A DNA stretch of 64,000 bases from Eledone cirrhosa. Its lineage: Eukaryota. Below the pieces are notes generated by a model. The model worked only from the letters and a program-made list of their open reading frames with translations. It did no database searches and was not told where the DNA came from. The translations under genes were made by a program, and so were the position numbers. The stretch is from contig OZ024740.1 of assembly GCA_964016885.1 (NCBI GenBank), forward strand, positions 232,004,001-232,068,000, read 5' to 3'. Positions 37,620 to 51,818 of the stretch are shown here, one piece after another; positions within the stretch are counted from its first letter, which is position 1, and each line of letters starts with the position of its first letter.

Positions 37620-38807
37620 AATTTATTTATTAGCCACAAGGGCACAACAGAAGGGGACAATACAAATGGGGAGTTTACATACAGGTATATGAAAATAAAA
37701 CTTATTAAATAACAAATAACAATTGAAATCCCCAATAGAAGGGGAGGCGTTACACAGGGGTTGTACACACCCCGAAAAAATATACAACCCTCATCTCCAG
37801 GAGCACCAAGAGTGAGTACTCCCTTCCTCTCTTCCTCTTTTTCCTCAACCTACAGGCTTATATATAGAGAAGGCCCAACCACTCGGGCCATCGTTGCCAC
37901 ATTCACCCACCTTTCATAAAATTTTCTGGGGTACAGCACCTCTCTCTCCATCTTGATTCTTCTTCCAAAATGATATTTGAAAAAACGAATCAGTTGCTCG
38001 CCGGAGAGAAAGGTGTCTAACCTCAGCCCTTTTAACCTCGTCCACCATATAACCTCTTTCACCATAGCCATAACCCATAGGAAAACCGCCTCTCCTTCGT
38101 TTTTGAAGGAGGGTGGCGGTTTGATCATGACAATGGACTCGGTGGTCAACTGAATTGGTCCCACTCGCGACAATAGTCGTTCTACATAGCCCCACAGGTC
38201 GGTAACGCCCGGGCAGTGTACAAATGCGTGCGCGACGGTTTCCTCATCGCGCACGCATCTCGGACAGATCTTTTTCGAAGGGTCCCTGCCCGGGCGCTCG
38301 TGTCTGTAGAGCTTGTCTCGAACTGGTAGAGCTCCTCGGTAGCACTGCCAGGCCAGGGACTTTTGGAAGTTGTCCATCGGTCCCGGGCGGAAGGTCCTAC
38401 CGAACAGACTGACCAGTTCATCCTCTTCTACGCCCAGAGTTTCTCCGAGCGTGTCGTCGCACTTGCTGCGGACCAACCCTCTATAGAATGACGAAGTGGA
38501 GTCTCCACTGATCACCGGGTCCGTTTGCCAGAGGTCTGTGAGCGCCTGAGCACATTCGATGAGCCAGTCGTCCATTTTCCTTGGTCTTTGCTTGACCCAG
38601 GACTGCAGTTCGGTCAGCGAGACGAGTCGTGGGAAGGCTCGCCTCACTGGTTGTCCGGTGAGGAATACGTGGAGGTGCCGCAGCCCAAGCGTGTGTTTGC
38701 GCATCGTCAGCCACGGCAATCTCAGCCCTCCGTTTGAAGAGTATTGGCAGCAGATGGATCTTCTCACCAAAGGAGCCCGTTTCTTCCAAAGGAATTGGAA
38801 GAGCGCG
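37620..38807 (-). mobile_element. Tx1-type copy C, 5'-truncated (ORF2 C-terminus + 3' UTR)
   Basis: 306-aa frame 37850-38770 with CPRC..DEETVAHAFVHC. (ATAG)n at both junctions. Confidence 0.93.
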
Positions 38808-38856
38808 ATAGATAGACAGATAGATATCTAGATAGATATCTAGATATCTAGATATC

Positions 38857-38902
<46 letters not shown>

Positions 38903-39261
38903 AGCCTTGAGATAGACAGTGATGTTGAATGTTTTTCTGATAAAATAGGGAGCTACGTAGTGTGGAGAAGGTAGGGAGAAGGTAGGTTGACTGAGGTGGT
39001 AGTAGTGCAATGTGTAGTGAGTGTGTGTGTTTGTGTACGTTTCAGTGCGTGAGTAGGGGAGGGTTTTAGGCGATATCTTGGAACCGATATTACTTAGATA
39101 AGAAACATTGAAATTAAAGCCAAACGACAGGGCAGTATGATGGGTCCAGCCGTGATATAATTACGTGTGCACGCGTACTAATATATATATATAATATATA
39201 TATATATATACACATATATAAATATATATATATTTAAATATATATATATATATATATTTAA

Positions 39262-39356
<95 letters not shown>

Positions 39357-39530
39357 TGTAGATGTTTATGTCAGAATCATGACATCTTATCAGCAGTGAT
39401 ATAGTAAACAGATACTGCGAGAAAAAAAGGAAAACAAGAGAAAAAAAAACGAGATAGCCAGATATAGAGAAAGATAAAGAGAAATAAAGGCACACATATA
39501 TTATATATTTATATACATACATATATCTAT

Positions 39531-39562
<32 letters not shown>

Positions 39563-39576
39563 CATATATATATACA

Positions 39577-39650
<74 letters not shown>

Positions 39651-39658
39651 AATATATG

Positions 39659-39691
<33 letters not shown>

Positions 39692-39876
39692 TTTCGTATG
39701 TGTGTGTTTACATGCATGTGTGTGTCTGTGTGTGTTCGTATTATACACTGAGACAGAAAGAAATACAGGGTCTTTTGGAGATTAAACAAAGAGATAAAGA
39801 GCGAAAACCGATACTCGGGTATATAATGACGTACCATTGCTTTGAAATATGGAGAATCCGTTTTAATATATATATA

Positions 39877-39934
<58 letters not shown>

Positions 39935-39937
39935 ATT

Positions 39938-40011
<74 letters not shown>

Positions 40012-40255
40012 TCATCGTAGAGGCACATTATTTTAGCGGTCTGTCCCCCGTCATACGTACTCCTCTGTATAACCGCCCATTAAGAACCACCATTCTATCC
40101 CCCCTCCTCTACAACCTTTCGTTTATCTATCTATTTATTTATCTATTTATCTAGGAGTTATCGTTTGTTTTTATCACTCGCCTTATCTCAACCCTGTGTA
40201 CTTCCACCTCTCTCTGTAATCTCACTTTTTTTGTTTCGTTTTGGCTACGATTGGA

Positions 40256-40309
<54 letters not shown>

Positions 40310-40310
<1 letters not shown>

Positions 40311-40512
40311 TTGTTATAAATTTTATTTTTTGTTATATTTTATAACAAAATCCTCTATTGAGGATTTTGTTATAATTCTATTTTTTGTTATATTTTATTT
40401 TATTTTTATATATTGTTATTGCCTCCTCCCTATTGAGGACGCCTTGTTTTATAAACTCCCCCCCATTGTACTTGTCCCACTTTTGATGCCCTTGTGGCAA
40501 ATAAAAGAAACA

Positions 40513-40513
<1 letters not shown>
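40310..40513 (+). mobile_element. Tx1-type copy E, 3' UTR only
   Basis: Near-identical to 45388-45547 and flanked by (TCTA)n on both sides. Confidence 0.9.
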
Positions 40514-40587
<74 letters not shown>

Positions 40588-40607
40588 ATGCCTATCTATC
40601 TATCTAT

Positions 40608-41822
40608 CTGAAGGACATCACCTTCATTCAGAAGGATAGACTCTACGGGAGTCTATCCATTCTCACGAAGGACAGGGACACAGCAGTGAAACTGTCCATC
40701 AAACCAATCACATCCACCGCATACACCTTCTACCCTACGTACATGGGTAGAAGAACACAAAAAATAAAAATCCACACCATCCTGCCGATTATGGACATAT
40801 GGTGGGTTTTGACAGGTTTTCTGGACCTGGAGGATGACATGCTGGTGTCCATGGGAAAGGCATCGGGTGACGCGTTCAGTGGAACGAGCCTCGAACTTGT
40901 AGTTCAAATGAGGCCCGAAAGGATCGCCCAGATCCCTGAACGCGTCATACTGGATGATCTAACCTTCATCAACATTACCGTTGAGGGTAGACGGCCCTCG
41001 TGTTACCTCTGCGGAACCAGAGGTCACCTGAGGGCTGTCTGTCCCCAACTTAATAAGAAAACCCCAATCCTGCTTACACCACCAACAACTGCACAACCAA
41101 CACAATCACCACAACTACCACTACAAAAACAACCACCACAGCTCAAACCAAAACAAAACAATGTCCAACCCATCCCCTCCACTCAAAAAACAAAAACAAT
41201 TTCCAAAACACCCGTACCGCAAACACAACCCGAAAATATACCCCTCCCCTCCAACGCGGAAGATGACCCTAGTTCGTCGTCAGACGAGGAGGAGCACTTC
41301 CACACAATCAAAAGAAAAAAAAGAAAACACACCTCAGACACACAAATGAAAAAAACCCCTCCCCAAAACATAACACTGACACCAACACAAAAGAGCTCAC
41401 AACAACAGCAAACAAAAAACACCACACAAAAACAAAAACATGCATACACATACATAAATACAAGAAACAAAAAACTGTTAAACATTGTGTACAACAACAA
41501 TCTAATAAAAACACAAGGGCCTAACTTCACCCAGGTAGGGGATTTCCCCCACCTCAAAATGATTAAGGCCCCACAGGACACCTATAAAACTTTAAAAAAC
41601 AATTTTAAAGAGGACGTGGGTACCCCCTGCGTCGGGCCCATTAACCGCGTCCTCCTAAAAAACTATCCCACCCCCTCCCCAAACACCCACACAACTCCAA
41701 GCTCCCCAACCACACAACACACTGATGCCCCCACACTTCCACAAACCACCACCCCACCCAACAACCCATCCCCCACCCTAATGGAAATTGTGCAGCCCGA
41801 TACCTGGGACGCAGAGAGGTAA
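40608..41822 (+). CDS. ORF1 of copy B (5'-truncated) with CCHC zinc knuckle
   Basis: [14 protein letters not shown] (CX2CX4HX4C) at 41001-41042, an acidic patch and basic IKRKKRK. Open to TAA at 41820-41822. Confidence 0.88.
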   Translation: MKDITFIQKDRLYGSLSILTKDRDTAVKLSIKPITSTAYTFYPTYMGRRTQKIKIHTILPIMDIWWVLTGFLDLEDDMLVSMGKASGDAFSGTSLELVVQMRPERIAQIPERVILDDLTFINITVEGRRPSCYLCGTRGHLRAVCPQLNKKTPILLTPPTTAQPTQSPQLPLQKQPPQLKPKQNNVQPIPSTQKTKTISKTPVPQTQPENIPLPSNAEDDPSSSSDEEEHFHTIKRKKRKHTSDTQMKKTPPQNITLTPTQKSSQQQQTKNTTQKQKHAYTYINTRNKKLLNIVYNNNLIKTQGPNFTQVGDFPHLKMIKAPQDTYKTLKNNFKEDVGTPCVGPINRVLLKNYPTPSPNTHTTPSSPTTQHTDAPTLPQTTTPPNNPSPTLMEIVQPDTWDAER

Positions 41823-41846
41823 GTGCCTTTTCTCTTCACCACCAAC

Positions 41847-44800
41847 ATGGCTATGCTAAGAGTAGGCTGTTTAAATGCGCGTGGCCTGGGCTCAACTTGG
41901 AAGCAAGCAATGCTTCTAAATGACCTCAGGTCACAACGTATAGATGTGATGGTTATTTGCGAGGCCCGGATCAGCAACGTGCGACAGCTGGCCCCCACCT
42001 TTGATGACTTTGAGATGCACGCATCTCTCTGTCAGCCCGGAGGTGGGGGTGGAGTTGTCGTTCTGCTGCAAAAACATCTGGGTCTCGCAACACAGATGGT
42101 ACATTTGGACCCGGAGGGTCGACTAGTGGTTCTGGACCTTGGCAGTGGTAAAGGCGGAGCGTTTAGGTTGGTAGCCGCCTACGGCCCTTTCGGGTCAATG
42201 CGGCCGGACTTCTTCCATCGTCTGGAGACTTTTCTAGGGACGTCCCGCTCCTTGCTATTAGTGGGGGACTGGAATGGTATCCTAGATGCACGCTGGGACT
42301 ACGTAGGGGCCTGCCCCGATAGAGAGGGGTGTAATAGCCTCAAAGGGTTAATCGGTCGATTTGACCTGGCCGATAGATATCGACTAGATTTTCCGACTGC
42401 GCCAACCTGGACTTGGGCAAATCGTAGTGGATCATCTAGGTCGTACCTAGATAGGTTCTTAGTTAGAATTAAGGATAAGGACTTTTTAAGTTGTCCAAAA
42501 ATGCGCATGGTTGGCTATTCAGACCACAAATTAGTGACCTGCATGGTCAACCTTGACAGAACTCATAGACAGGGCCCCGGTTACTGGAAGCTCAACTTGT
42601 CCTTGCCGGCAAGTAGAGCCTACAGGAATCGGATTAGTACGTTAGTTAAGGAACGGTTGACTGGAGCGATCGTCAACAGCAGGTGGTGGGTATCTCTAAA
42701 GAGAGAGATTAGAGTAGTCTCGATAGAATTTAGTAAGGTTCTAGCTGCGGATAGGAATAGGAAGGAAAGGGAGCTAATAGATAGAGTAGAAGAGGCAATT
42801 AGAAGCGGCGACGTGGCCAGAGTGCTAGCGTCGAGAACGGCTTTGAGCCAGTTTTTCGACGCGAAGCACGAAGGCTGCGTTGTCCGAAGTAAAATACGTG
42901 CTCTAGGGAACGAGGGGACCAAAGCTGTTAGCTGGGCCCGCGTGACAGAGGCCAACAGTGGAACTAAATCCACCATCCGGTCTTTGCGAGACCTGGATGG
43001 ACGGGCGATTCTTGAGCCTAAGCAGATGTGTGAGGCCTTTCAAAGGCACTTTGCCCGACCGTTCGGGAGGGGCGGGGAGCCGGTTGGGAACGTGGACTTC
43101 GGTCCATACCTCGACGGCCTGCCGCGCCTCTCGGACAGGGAGGCGAAGTCCTGCGAGGAGCCGATTTCGGCCGCTGAGATAGAGGACGTGCTGAGCCAAT
43201 GCGGCAAACGCAAATCCCCGGGTCTCGATGGTCTTCCTTACGAATTATATCTAGCTATGCCGGACTTGTTCCCCGATCTCCTCGAGGCGGTCTACTGCAA
43301 CTGGCAACAGAACGGGAGAATTCCCTGTACTGTGACCAAGGGCGTAGTCACGCTAGTGAGGAAGGACGAGAACAAGGGGACGAAATAAGTAACTTCAGGC
43401 CCATAACTCTGCTAAATACAGAGTTACAGATTTTGGCCAAGGTGCTAGCAAAGAGGTTGGCGCTTGTCGTGGGCAACCTGGTGGGAGATGCGCAGACATG
43501 CGCTATCCCGTCCAGGTCCATCCATGACAACCTCCACCTCATGCGATACATCATAGAGAGGGTTGGGAACGAACCCGGCTTTGGTGGGGCTCTGATCAAC
43601 TTGGATCAATCTAAGGCGTTCGATAGGGTCGACCATGGTTACCTGGATGCGGTGCTAGCGGCGGCAGGCTTCGGACCCGTTTTCAGGGGCTGGATCACTG
43701 CTATGCACAGCAGCCGCATCTGCTCTAGGGTCAAGGTGAACGGCTACCTCTCGGAGCCGTTCAAAATCGCGCGGTCCATCCGACAAGGGTGCCCTCTCTC
43801 CTCCCTTCTGTATGTGTTGACTCTCGAGCCACTACTGCGGAAGTTGGAGTTGTTGCAGGGCATCCCTTTGGAACCGGGATTGCGGAAAGCGGTGTCGGCC
43901 TACGCCGATGACGTGACAGTAATGGTGTCGACGGCCTCCGAAATCGAGGCGGTCGGCACCTTACTGGAGGAGTACGAAAAGTTCACAGGGGCTAAGCTGA
44001 ACCGGGACAAGTCGATCGGTTTGCAACTCGGCACGTGGAGGGGCAAACCGATGCCCTCCGATGGCGTCGTCGGACGCTGGACGGAGGGCCCGGTGAAGTT
44101 GCTCGGGGTCTGGTTCGGACCGGACCTCCAGGTGGAGAAAAACTGGGCGGAGGTTACGAAAAGGGTGTTTGCACTGACCCAGAAGTGGGCCAGTTGCAAA
44201 CTATCCCTGAAAGGTCGGGCGAAGGTGGCGAACACTTATATAGCGTCCGTCATGTACTACCGCCTGACCGTAGTGCCCTGCCCAAGGGAAACCCTCACCG
44301 AGATGGAGCGCGCGCTCTTCCAATTCCTTTGGAAGAGGCGGGCTCCTATGGTGAGGAGATCCATCTGCTGTCAACACCCTTCGAAAGGAGGGCTGGGGAT
44401 GCCGTGGATAATGATGCGTAAACACGCATTAAGGCTACGGCACCTCTACGTATTCCTCACCGGACAACCGGTGTGGGCCTCGTTTGTGAGACGAACCTTT
44501 CCCAGACTCGTCTCACTCACCGAGCTGCAATCCTGGGTCAAGCAAAGACCGAGAAAACTGGGCGCCTGGCACACTGAGTGTGCCCAGGCGCTCACCGCCC
44601 TCTGGCAGGCGGATCCGGTTATCAGTGGAAACTCCACCGCAACATTCTATAGAGGGCTGGTACGCAGCAGGTGCGACGACGCCCTCGGAGAAGCCCTAGA
44701 CATGGAGGAGGACGAACTGGCCAGCCTGTTCGGTAGGACATTCAGCCCGGGACCTATGGACAACTTCCAGAAGTCCCTGGCCTGGCAGTGCTACCGAAGG

Positions 44801-45283
44801 GCTTTACCCGTTCGAGAAAGGCTCTACAGACACGGGCGCCCGGGTAGGGACCCCGCCAAAAAGATCTGTCCCAGATGCGTGTGCGACGAGGAAACCGTTG
44901 CACACGCATTGGTACACTGCTCGGGCGTAGCCGATCTGTGGGGCTATGTCGAACAACTGCTGTCAAGGGTGGGACCGATCCGGTTGACCACCGAGTCTAT
45001 TGTAATGATCAAGCCGCCTCCCCCCTTCAAAGATGAAGCAGAGGCGGTGTTTCTGTGCGTAATAGCCATGGCGAAAGAGGTTGTATGGTGGACGCGTCTG
45101 AAAGGACTGAGGTCAGGCACCTTTCTCTCTGGCCAACAACTGGTCCGTTTCTTCCGATATCATTTCGGAAGAAGGATCAGGATGGAGAGAGAGGTGCTGC
45201 ACCCCAGCCGTTTCTATGAAAGATGGGTGAAAGTGGCGAGAATGGCCCGTGTGAATGGGCCTTCACTCTACATCAGACTATAG
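41847..45283 (+). CDS. ORF2 of copy B: APE endonuclease, RT and C-terminal zinc finger, with a single -1 frame break at about 43379
   Basis: CLNARGL, ICEAR, GDWN, YLDRFLV, YSDH; SPGLDGL; NFRPITLLN, LDQSKAFDRVDH, IRQGCPLS, AYADDV; CPRC..DEETVAHALVHC. Confidence 0.92.
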
Positions 45284-46001
45284 GTGAGGAAGATGAAAGA
45301 CCAAGGGAGCACCCCTTCTCTGTGCTCCTGAGGAGAAGGGTTGCACACTTTTTTCGGGGGTGTGTGCGACCCCCCAAGGCGCCTCCTCTCTATTGAGGAT
45401 TTTGTTATAAATTTTATTTTTTGTTATATCTTATTTTATTTTTATATTTTGTTATTGCCTCCTCCTTATTGAGGACGCCTTTTTGTGTAAACTCCCCCAT
45501 TTGTACTTGTCCCACTTTTGATGCCCTAGTGGCAAATAAAAGAAACATATCTATCTATCTATCTATCTGCCTATCTATCAACCTTTCCATGTCTCTGTCT
45601 GACTGTCTAGCTTTCCACCAGTCTCGGGGAACGACTGTTTGTCTATCTATCAGCCAGCATATCTTTCTGTTTACATTGTTCTATTATTTAACTCATTTAA
45701 TGGATCACACTTTTAGATACCGGCCATATTAGTTAGCGGCTTCAAGATTTAATCAATTACATAAACTCAACGTTCATTATTGCTTCATTAGTATCCGTTA
45801 GTTTCTTCCTGTCAACAGAAACTATATATATTAACCTAAAGTTAATTAGTATACAGAATTATTACATTGGTTAACCCAATTTGCTATTTATGTAAGTGTT
45901 GGAAATCTAATTTAATTGTTAACTCACTGCATGGCGTTTCAATGATATAGGAGAATGTAAAGTATATCGTATATACAACTTAATTTAAATTCTTACATAT
46001 A

Positions 46002-46338
46002 CAATTGACCCTCGTTTCACGAACCTTATCCGTTCTCCAAGGTCGGGCGTCACCTGAAATGTTCCTAAACCTAGCCTATTATTCCCATACGAAAATGTTG
46101 AGATAAATTCGGTGAGAGAGAGACTGTGTGTGAAAAAGCAGATAGATTTCGCCACACTAACTATGCAGCAAACGACGCTTCCCCGCCAATACTCCAAGCT
46201 TATTGCCAACCGTTCGTGCCGGCTTGCGTCTTCGTTATTCCAGGCACCGTTCGCAAACAGAGACGTTTTGTGCTTGGAAAATTGTTCGTGAACCGATTTG
46301 TTCGTGATGAGCGGCATTCAAGAACCAAGGTTCCACTG
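46002..46338. mobile_element. pogo/Tigger-type MITE
   Basis: TA-CAATTGACCCTCGTTTCACGAA ... TTCAAGAACCAAGGTTCCACTG-TA: imperfect TIRs with TA flanks. Confidence 0.65.
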
Positions 46339-47716
46339 TAATTATAAAAAAAACATGAGTAAGTGAATCAATGGCATACGCCAAAAAATTCTCAATCATA
46401 TCAAGATAAAGAAAATAACCTAATGGCAATTGTTTGCCAATCTCAAAGAAAAGAGGGATATAATTTCCATAAAGTTATGAATTAATTACAAAAATATATA
46501 ATGCCCTTGCTTGGTATTCAATATAATATTTTGTGTTACTAGATGAAATTATTTCAGTCGTATAAGTATTAATCAGCCAAACCGTCTTCTCGAGTCTGTT
46601 CAAGCAAAACTCATACATATATTACCACCAAGAAAAGTGTAGAGAAGATATTCTGGCCAAGGTAATGTTTACAATTATAAAAATGGCATCATTTTAGATA
46701 CCGCAGATAGGAGGTGATGTCATAAGTATCTTATGCGAGGAAAGCAGAATGACTTGACACTTAACTGAATTATCTAAATTCAGGCCATTTGTAAGTTATT
46801 TCCCTAAACCAGAGATCCATTTTGGTCGTTGTTTGTCTCAATAGTGTGGTGTGGGATTACTACTATCATACGTAGCAGATATAAATGTTGTGTTGTAAAA
46901 GTATGACATGATGTCACACTTGCACATTAAAACTGACCATTGATTTATCTCGACAACAGTCACGACAACACAACAAACCTTACCATTAGTCTGTCTACAC
47001 AACAGTCACAACACCACAATAAAACTGACCATTCGTATATATACATATTCTTTGTCCACATTGGTAGGCGAATAGTCATGGCGGTTGCCTTATGACGTTG
47101 TATTTCCACGATGCATATTTGGCAGTTCCATAAATCATTTACATAGAAAATGTCGCTATTTATTCACCTTGTACAGATATTTATATTTTCTCCTTGAGTC
47201 TACAAATATACCAAACAAAGATACCACGACGAAGATGTTTCAATCTTTTTATAGATAATACAGAAAAAAAAAATTTGTTGCGCATTCTTAGCGTCGGATG
47301 TTCCGCTCGTGGTTCTGGCATACTTATTTCTAGGTGCATTCCACTTGCAATGCCATTGCTTTATATACTTTCTTTTTCTCTTCCACAGGTACTCTTTAAC
47401 AGCTATGGGCTTGATCTGTTTCAGTTACATGAGTGTTCGGATTTACATTGTGTGTAATCATCAGCTATTTGATGATTCCTTTTCTGAATGGCAGAAGTTT
47501 TCTTCTGCGCTAAAGAGCTTTTGTAGTCTTTAGATAATTGAAAATTGCTTAGTGACTACCACGGGAAAATGCTTCTCCTCAATTGACTTTTACATTCAAT
47601 TGCTTGTTAAATCAGATGATATTTCTTGTCCTGGATCTGTTAGGTTTATGGTGAATTTGTTAGCTTTAGATATAAACTGTAACGTCTCTTAAAACATGCT
47701 CTGTTTTATAGCTGCA

Positions 47717-47750
47717 CTAGCAGTGGTACCCGGCGTTGCACGGGATAAGG
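47717..47750 (-). mobile_element. Helitron 3' terminus (5' extent undetermined)
   Basis: Minus strand reads CCCGtgcaacgcCGGG-taccactg-CTAG|T. Confidence 0.65.
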
Positions 47751-49848
47751 TATTTTGGAACGCAGGCCGCCAACAGACCTAATCTTGTAAAAACTGCATG
47801 CCTGGACAATATGTAAAGAAAATAAACCGAATACTCTGATGGCTGGATAATCTTTAAGATTTTCCTCGATGAAGCAGGAAAAATGCAGGTTTGTAAGGGT
47901 ATCATATACATCTTTCCCATTGGCTTCTCTAACATAATCCCATCCCACCCAAAACGCACACTAACTCTAATGCTTCTGAATGCCCGAAGAATTCTAGTCG
48001 TCTTTCCCCAGTTGAGATGTAATGGGCCAATAATCTAAAGCCATGCATTTGCTGCTGTTAAAACTCAGAAACACAGATTTACCACCCGCCTCTAGAAAAG
48101 TCATGCTCACCACAAGATCCATATATTTCCGAAACAACTCTCAATCTACCGAGGTCTGCAGCGTGTCGTTGCTTCAAATAAATACGGTTGCATGCGTCAC
48201 GGAATCCTGGTTGCGCTGATGACTACCACATCTTTTGTGAGAAAACGGCTGACATACACTTATGAGACATACAAACATGAGCATTTAAAGAAACAGTCTT
48301 TCACAAACCTGAAAACATAACTGTGAGCGTTATTCTAGATGTTAGTGATGTTACCAGTTCAAATCTCCTTTAGGTTTTTGTGGTTGATTGTTTCTTTCAC
48401 GTCTGTTTACCTGGAACATTTTTAAAAGTACACATTCAGGTTTCGAAGATTATATTGACCTATCTTACCCCTCCATGACCTTGTTGAATTCATGAACTCA
48501 CCCCACCCTGACTTCCCTCCTTACTTGACTAAGGTTTGTATCCGGACAGATGCAACTCAGTGTATATGGATATGTATGTATATATATGTTGTGGCTGCGG
48601 CAACGTTGTTTTGGGAGGAAGAGCGCTCTTAGTTGGGGGGTGAAGGTGTTCGTTTTCGTTTTTCCGGCTGCCATTTTTGTAACTGCTCTTACTACTAAAG
48701 TTTAATTCGTTAGTGTTACCACATGAGTAGCACATGCATGGGTCTTTCCTTTTCCACAAGTAGTTGGGTGCCATTAAGCAAGTCTAGGGGAAGGTTTTCA
48801 GTTTCCTGCATGATTTGTACCATGACATGCATACTTATCCCTGATCGTTAATTTTTTTTTCTGGCGAAATCCTTTCACTACTAAAATCTATTTTTAACAT
48901 CTAACACGCAGCAATTCTATCATTTATCTAACCGCTTTTTATTACGTTCTTATACTCTCCACATTGTTGCTGAGTTGTGGAGGAGCACTTGCTTCCAGTT
49001 ATTTGTGGATCTGGCAAATGAGTCAAGGTTTATGGTGTTGTTTATGCTATTGTTGCTGATGTTATTCTTACTAAGTTGGAGGATTGTCATACTATTTCCA
49101 CGCTGGATCTGATAGTTGATGTTAATAGCGATTGTAATATGAAAGAACTCAATAGAAGGATGTAAATTACGTCACACATTTTAGTTTATTTTGACATTAC
49201 AAGCTTTTTACCAATTTTCACGCAACCAGTATCATTTTATAGTTGTGAATGGTGATCATCGCCGGCCTTCTTCTCGTTTGGTATCCAATCCAATCTGATC
49301 CAGTGACTTCTCATTCCTGATTGGGGAACCTCTCTCTGGTTGACCACTACCGCTTTCTATTTGGTTTTGTTCATGTCAGTTGTATAGCCATACTCACCAT
49401 AAATTGGTGAAGTTATGTAATCCATAATTGGGACGGATGGCCATTGATTCCGAGGATTTAATCCACCCTTTTAACAACTGTTGATTTTTGTGCTGCTGGG
49501 GTTCCATTCACCCTATTCACCAGACCAGGTTGGGGAACTGATTTATTCACCGACCAATCGACCACGAAACAGGTTGTACTGAGTTACATGATACTAGTAG
49601 TAAGCGGAAGCTTGACATGACCACGTTTGGTATATGACGTCCAAAATACATAGATATATTCACGTCAACATAAACAAATTTGATTTCTCGAGAGTGTGTG
49701 GTTGGGCTGGACTATTCTTCAAGATGGAAACATTATTCCAAAATATCTTCATTTTCTTTCTGAGGTAAAGGCACAATCATTATTACCATGTGGATTATTA
49801 CAGCGTACTAAATCTAATCTTGTAAATAGGGTAATAATGGTTTCACAA

Positions 49849-50230
49849 GGGCGGTGGATTGGCAGTATCGGTAGAGGGTCGGACATGCTTTCCAGCATAG
49901 TTACGTACCTTTACGATCTGAGTTCAAATCCCGCCGAGGTTAACTTTTCCTTTCATCATTACGCGGTCGATAAAATAAAGTACCAGTAATATACTGGATA
50001 ATAGCTGGCCCTGTGCCCAATGTAGAAACAATTATTAACATGTGGATTGGCAGTATCGATAGAAGGGCTCACGCCATGCTTTGCAGCAAAGAGTAACGGC
50101 CTTTTATGGTCTGAGTTCAAATCCCGCTGAGGTTAACTTTGCCTTTCGTCCTTACGGGGTCGATAAAATAAAGCACCAGTAATACACTGGGATAATTGCT
50201 GGTCTTGTGCCAAATGTAGAAACAAATATT
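49849..50230 (+). mobile_element. two tandem family B SINEs
   Basis: 49849-50035 and 50040-50230 each match the family B consensus. Confidence 0.85.
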
Positions 50231-50723
50231 AACATATTTATAAGATTTAGTACGCTGTAATACATTAAAAGAAATTTATAGCATTGTTGTTTTTCAATGA
50301 CCATGTGTATTTTGATAAACGTGAAATTTTTATGAACGTGGAAGACGGATGATGCAGCAGAAATCGAGCGTTAAATATATAATCTATGGATTATAGAAAT
50401 ATTTTCTTCCTGAGGCCCCGAAGCTCCCAGTTTAGGCATCTGCAATCATACAAAGAGAACAGTACTCTTCCTTTCGTCTGCCTATATATCTCAACTCATA
50501 TCAAAAATGAAAAGTTGACGTAGAGTAATGAAAATTCTGATATATGCATACTCACCTATACATACATATATGTGTATATGTATGTGTGTGTATATATATA
50601 CACACACACATATACGTACATAGGAATATGTATGTATATACAAACACATGAAATTGACAGACGCACACACACATATATGTATATATATATATATATTTAC
50701 ATGTATATATATATATGTATGTA

Positions 50724-51757
50724 CGAGGGTAGGCTGAAAAGTTCATAGGCTGAATATGAAGGGTTAAATGCTAATGCTAATGCTGTGAAATATGTATGCG
50801 TCAATTTCAACTCCTCTTATTAATAACTGCATTGTTTCTTTCCATGGACTATGTTTAAAAAAATAAAAAAATGTTTATCCTCAATACACGTGTTTCACTC
50901 CCAAAGTTGGCTTAAAACCATTGATAATTACATAAATATGAAAAAGAACGATAGAAACAAAATTAAGTAATGAGAAAGTGGGGAAGGGGTAAAGAAGAGC
51001 GGATCTGACTGTATGGGAAAGTAAAGGAAAGGACTATAAATACCATAGGACTATAAATACCAGCAACAAAAGAAGGAGGAGGGGAGAGTGAGGTGCTGAT
51101 GGACTTTGGGCCTAGGGCGGGGAGGTGTTTTGACTGCACCTCATGAACATAACTGCAATGGCATTTCCGCGGTCAATCGCCAGCGACACCCACTATAACA
51201 TCCACCCCAACTCGCAGGGCTCCTTCCTTAGACTGGCTGCTGATGTTCTATTTTGTGCAGTATCTCGGTAGTACGGAGTCCGAAGTCGCCTGAGGTCTCG
51301 ACGGCGACCGGTGCGAAGGGGAAGTGACGGGACAAGCCCCGATACTTGTTTGTCTTCCTTTCCCCTGCATTGCGGGCCTCAGAATCGGGGTTTCTTGCCG
51401 AAGCGACCTTGTTGGAGGCGGAGAACGTGTCACATGTGGTGCCCCAGATGAAATATTTACCTCCTTCGAATGGGGCGCTTGCTGTCTTCGCAGTCAAGGT
51501 AGGCGTGGAGGCCAAGGCATTGGGCCTTAGGTAGCGAGTGCACTCTTCATCAAGAAGGGTACCAGTTAATGAAGAGGACACAGAATTGAACTACGCAACG
51601 CTTTTGGCTGCGAAGCGTTTGCACGACGCTCTTGCATGGCGAGGTGGAGTTGGTCCTAGCCAGACTCAATACGCCTGAAGGCAGAACTAGTCCTTCCATG
51701 CGAGTATCTTGGTCAGCCTATGAACTTTCAGCCTGTGAACTTTGTAGATGATCCTCG
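50724..51757 (+). mobile_element. mariner-derived element with internal insertion
   Basis: TA-CGAGGGTAGGCTGAAAAGTTCATAGGCTGA ... TCAGCCTATGAACTTTCAGCCT..CCTCG. The left subterminal region matches 22850-22947. Confidence 0.7.
51145..51640 (-). pseudogene. CRE-type RLE endonuclease fragment
   Basis: PFEGGKYFIWGTTCDTFSAS...ERKTNKYRGL...FAPVAVETSGDFG...EPCELGW...VSLAIDRGNA. Confidence 0.8.

Positions 51758-51814
<57 letters not shown>

Positions 51815-51818
<4 letters not shown>

Larger units (their letters stand above)
40608..45547 (+). mobile_element. Tx1-type copy B, truncated within ORF1, otherwise near-intact
   Basis: (TCTA)n at both ends, ORF1, ORF2 and a 3' UTR with AATAAA. Confidence 0.95.

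Noticed and set aside
40494-40607. Predicted N-terminus [14 protein letters not shown] of the 442-aa ORF
   Set aside because: It derives from the copy E 3' UTR plus (TCTA)n and is in frame by chance. Real homology starts at 40608.
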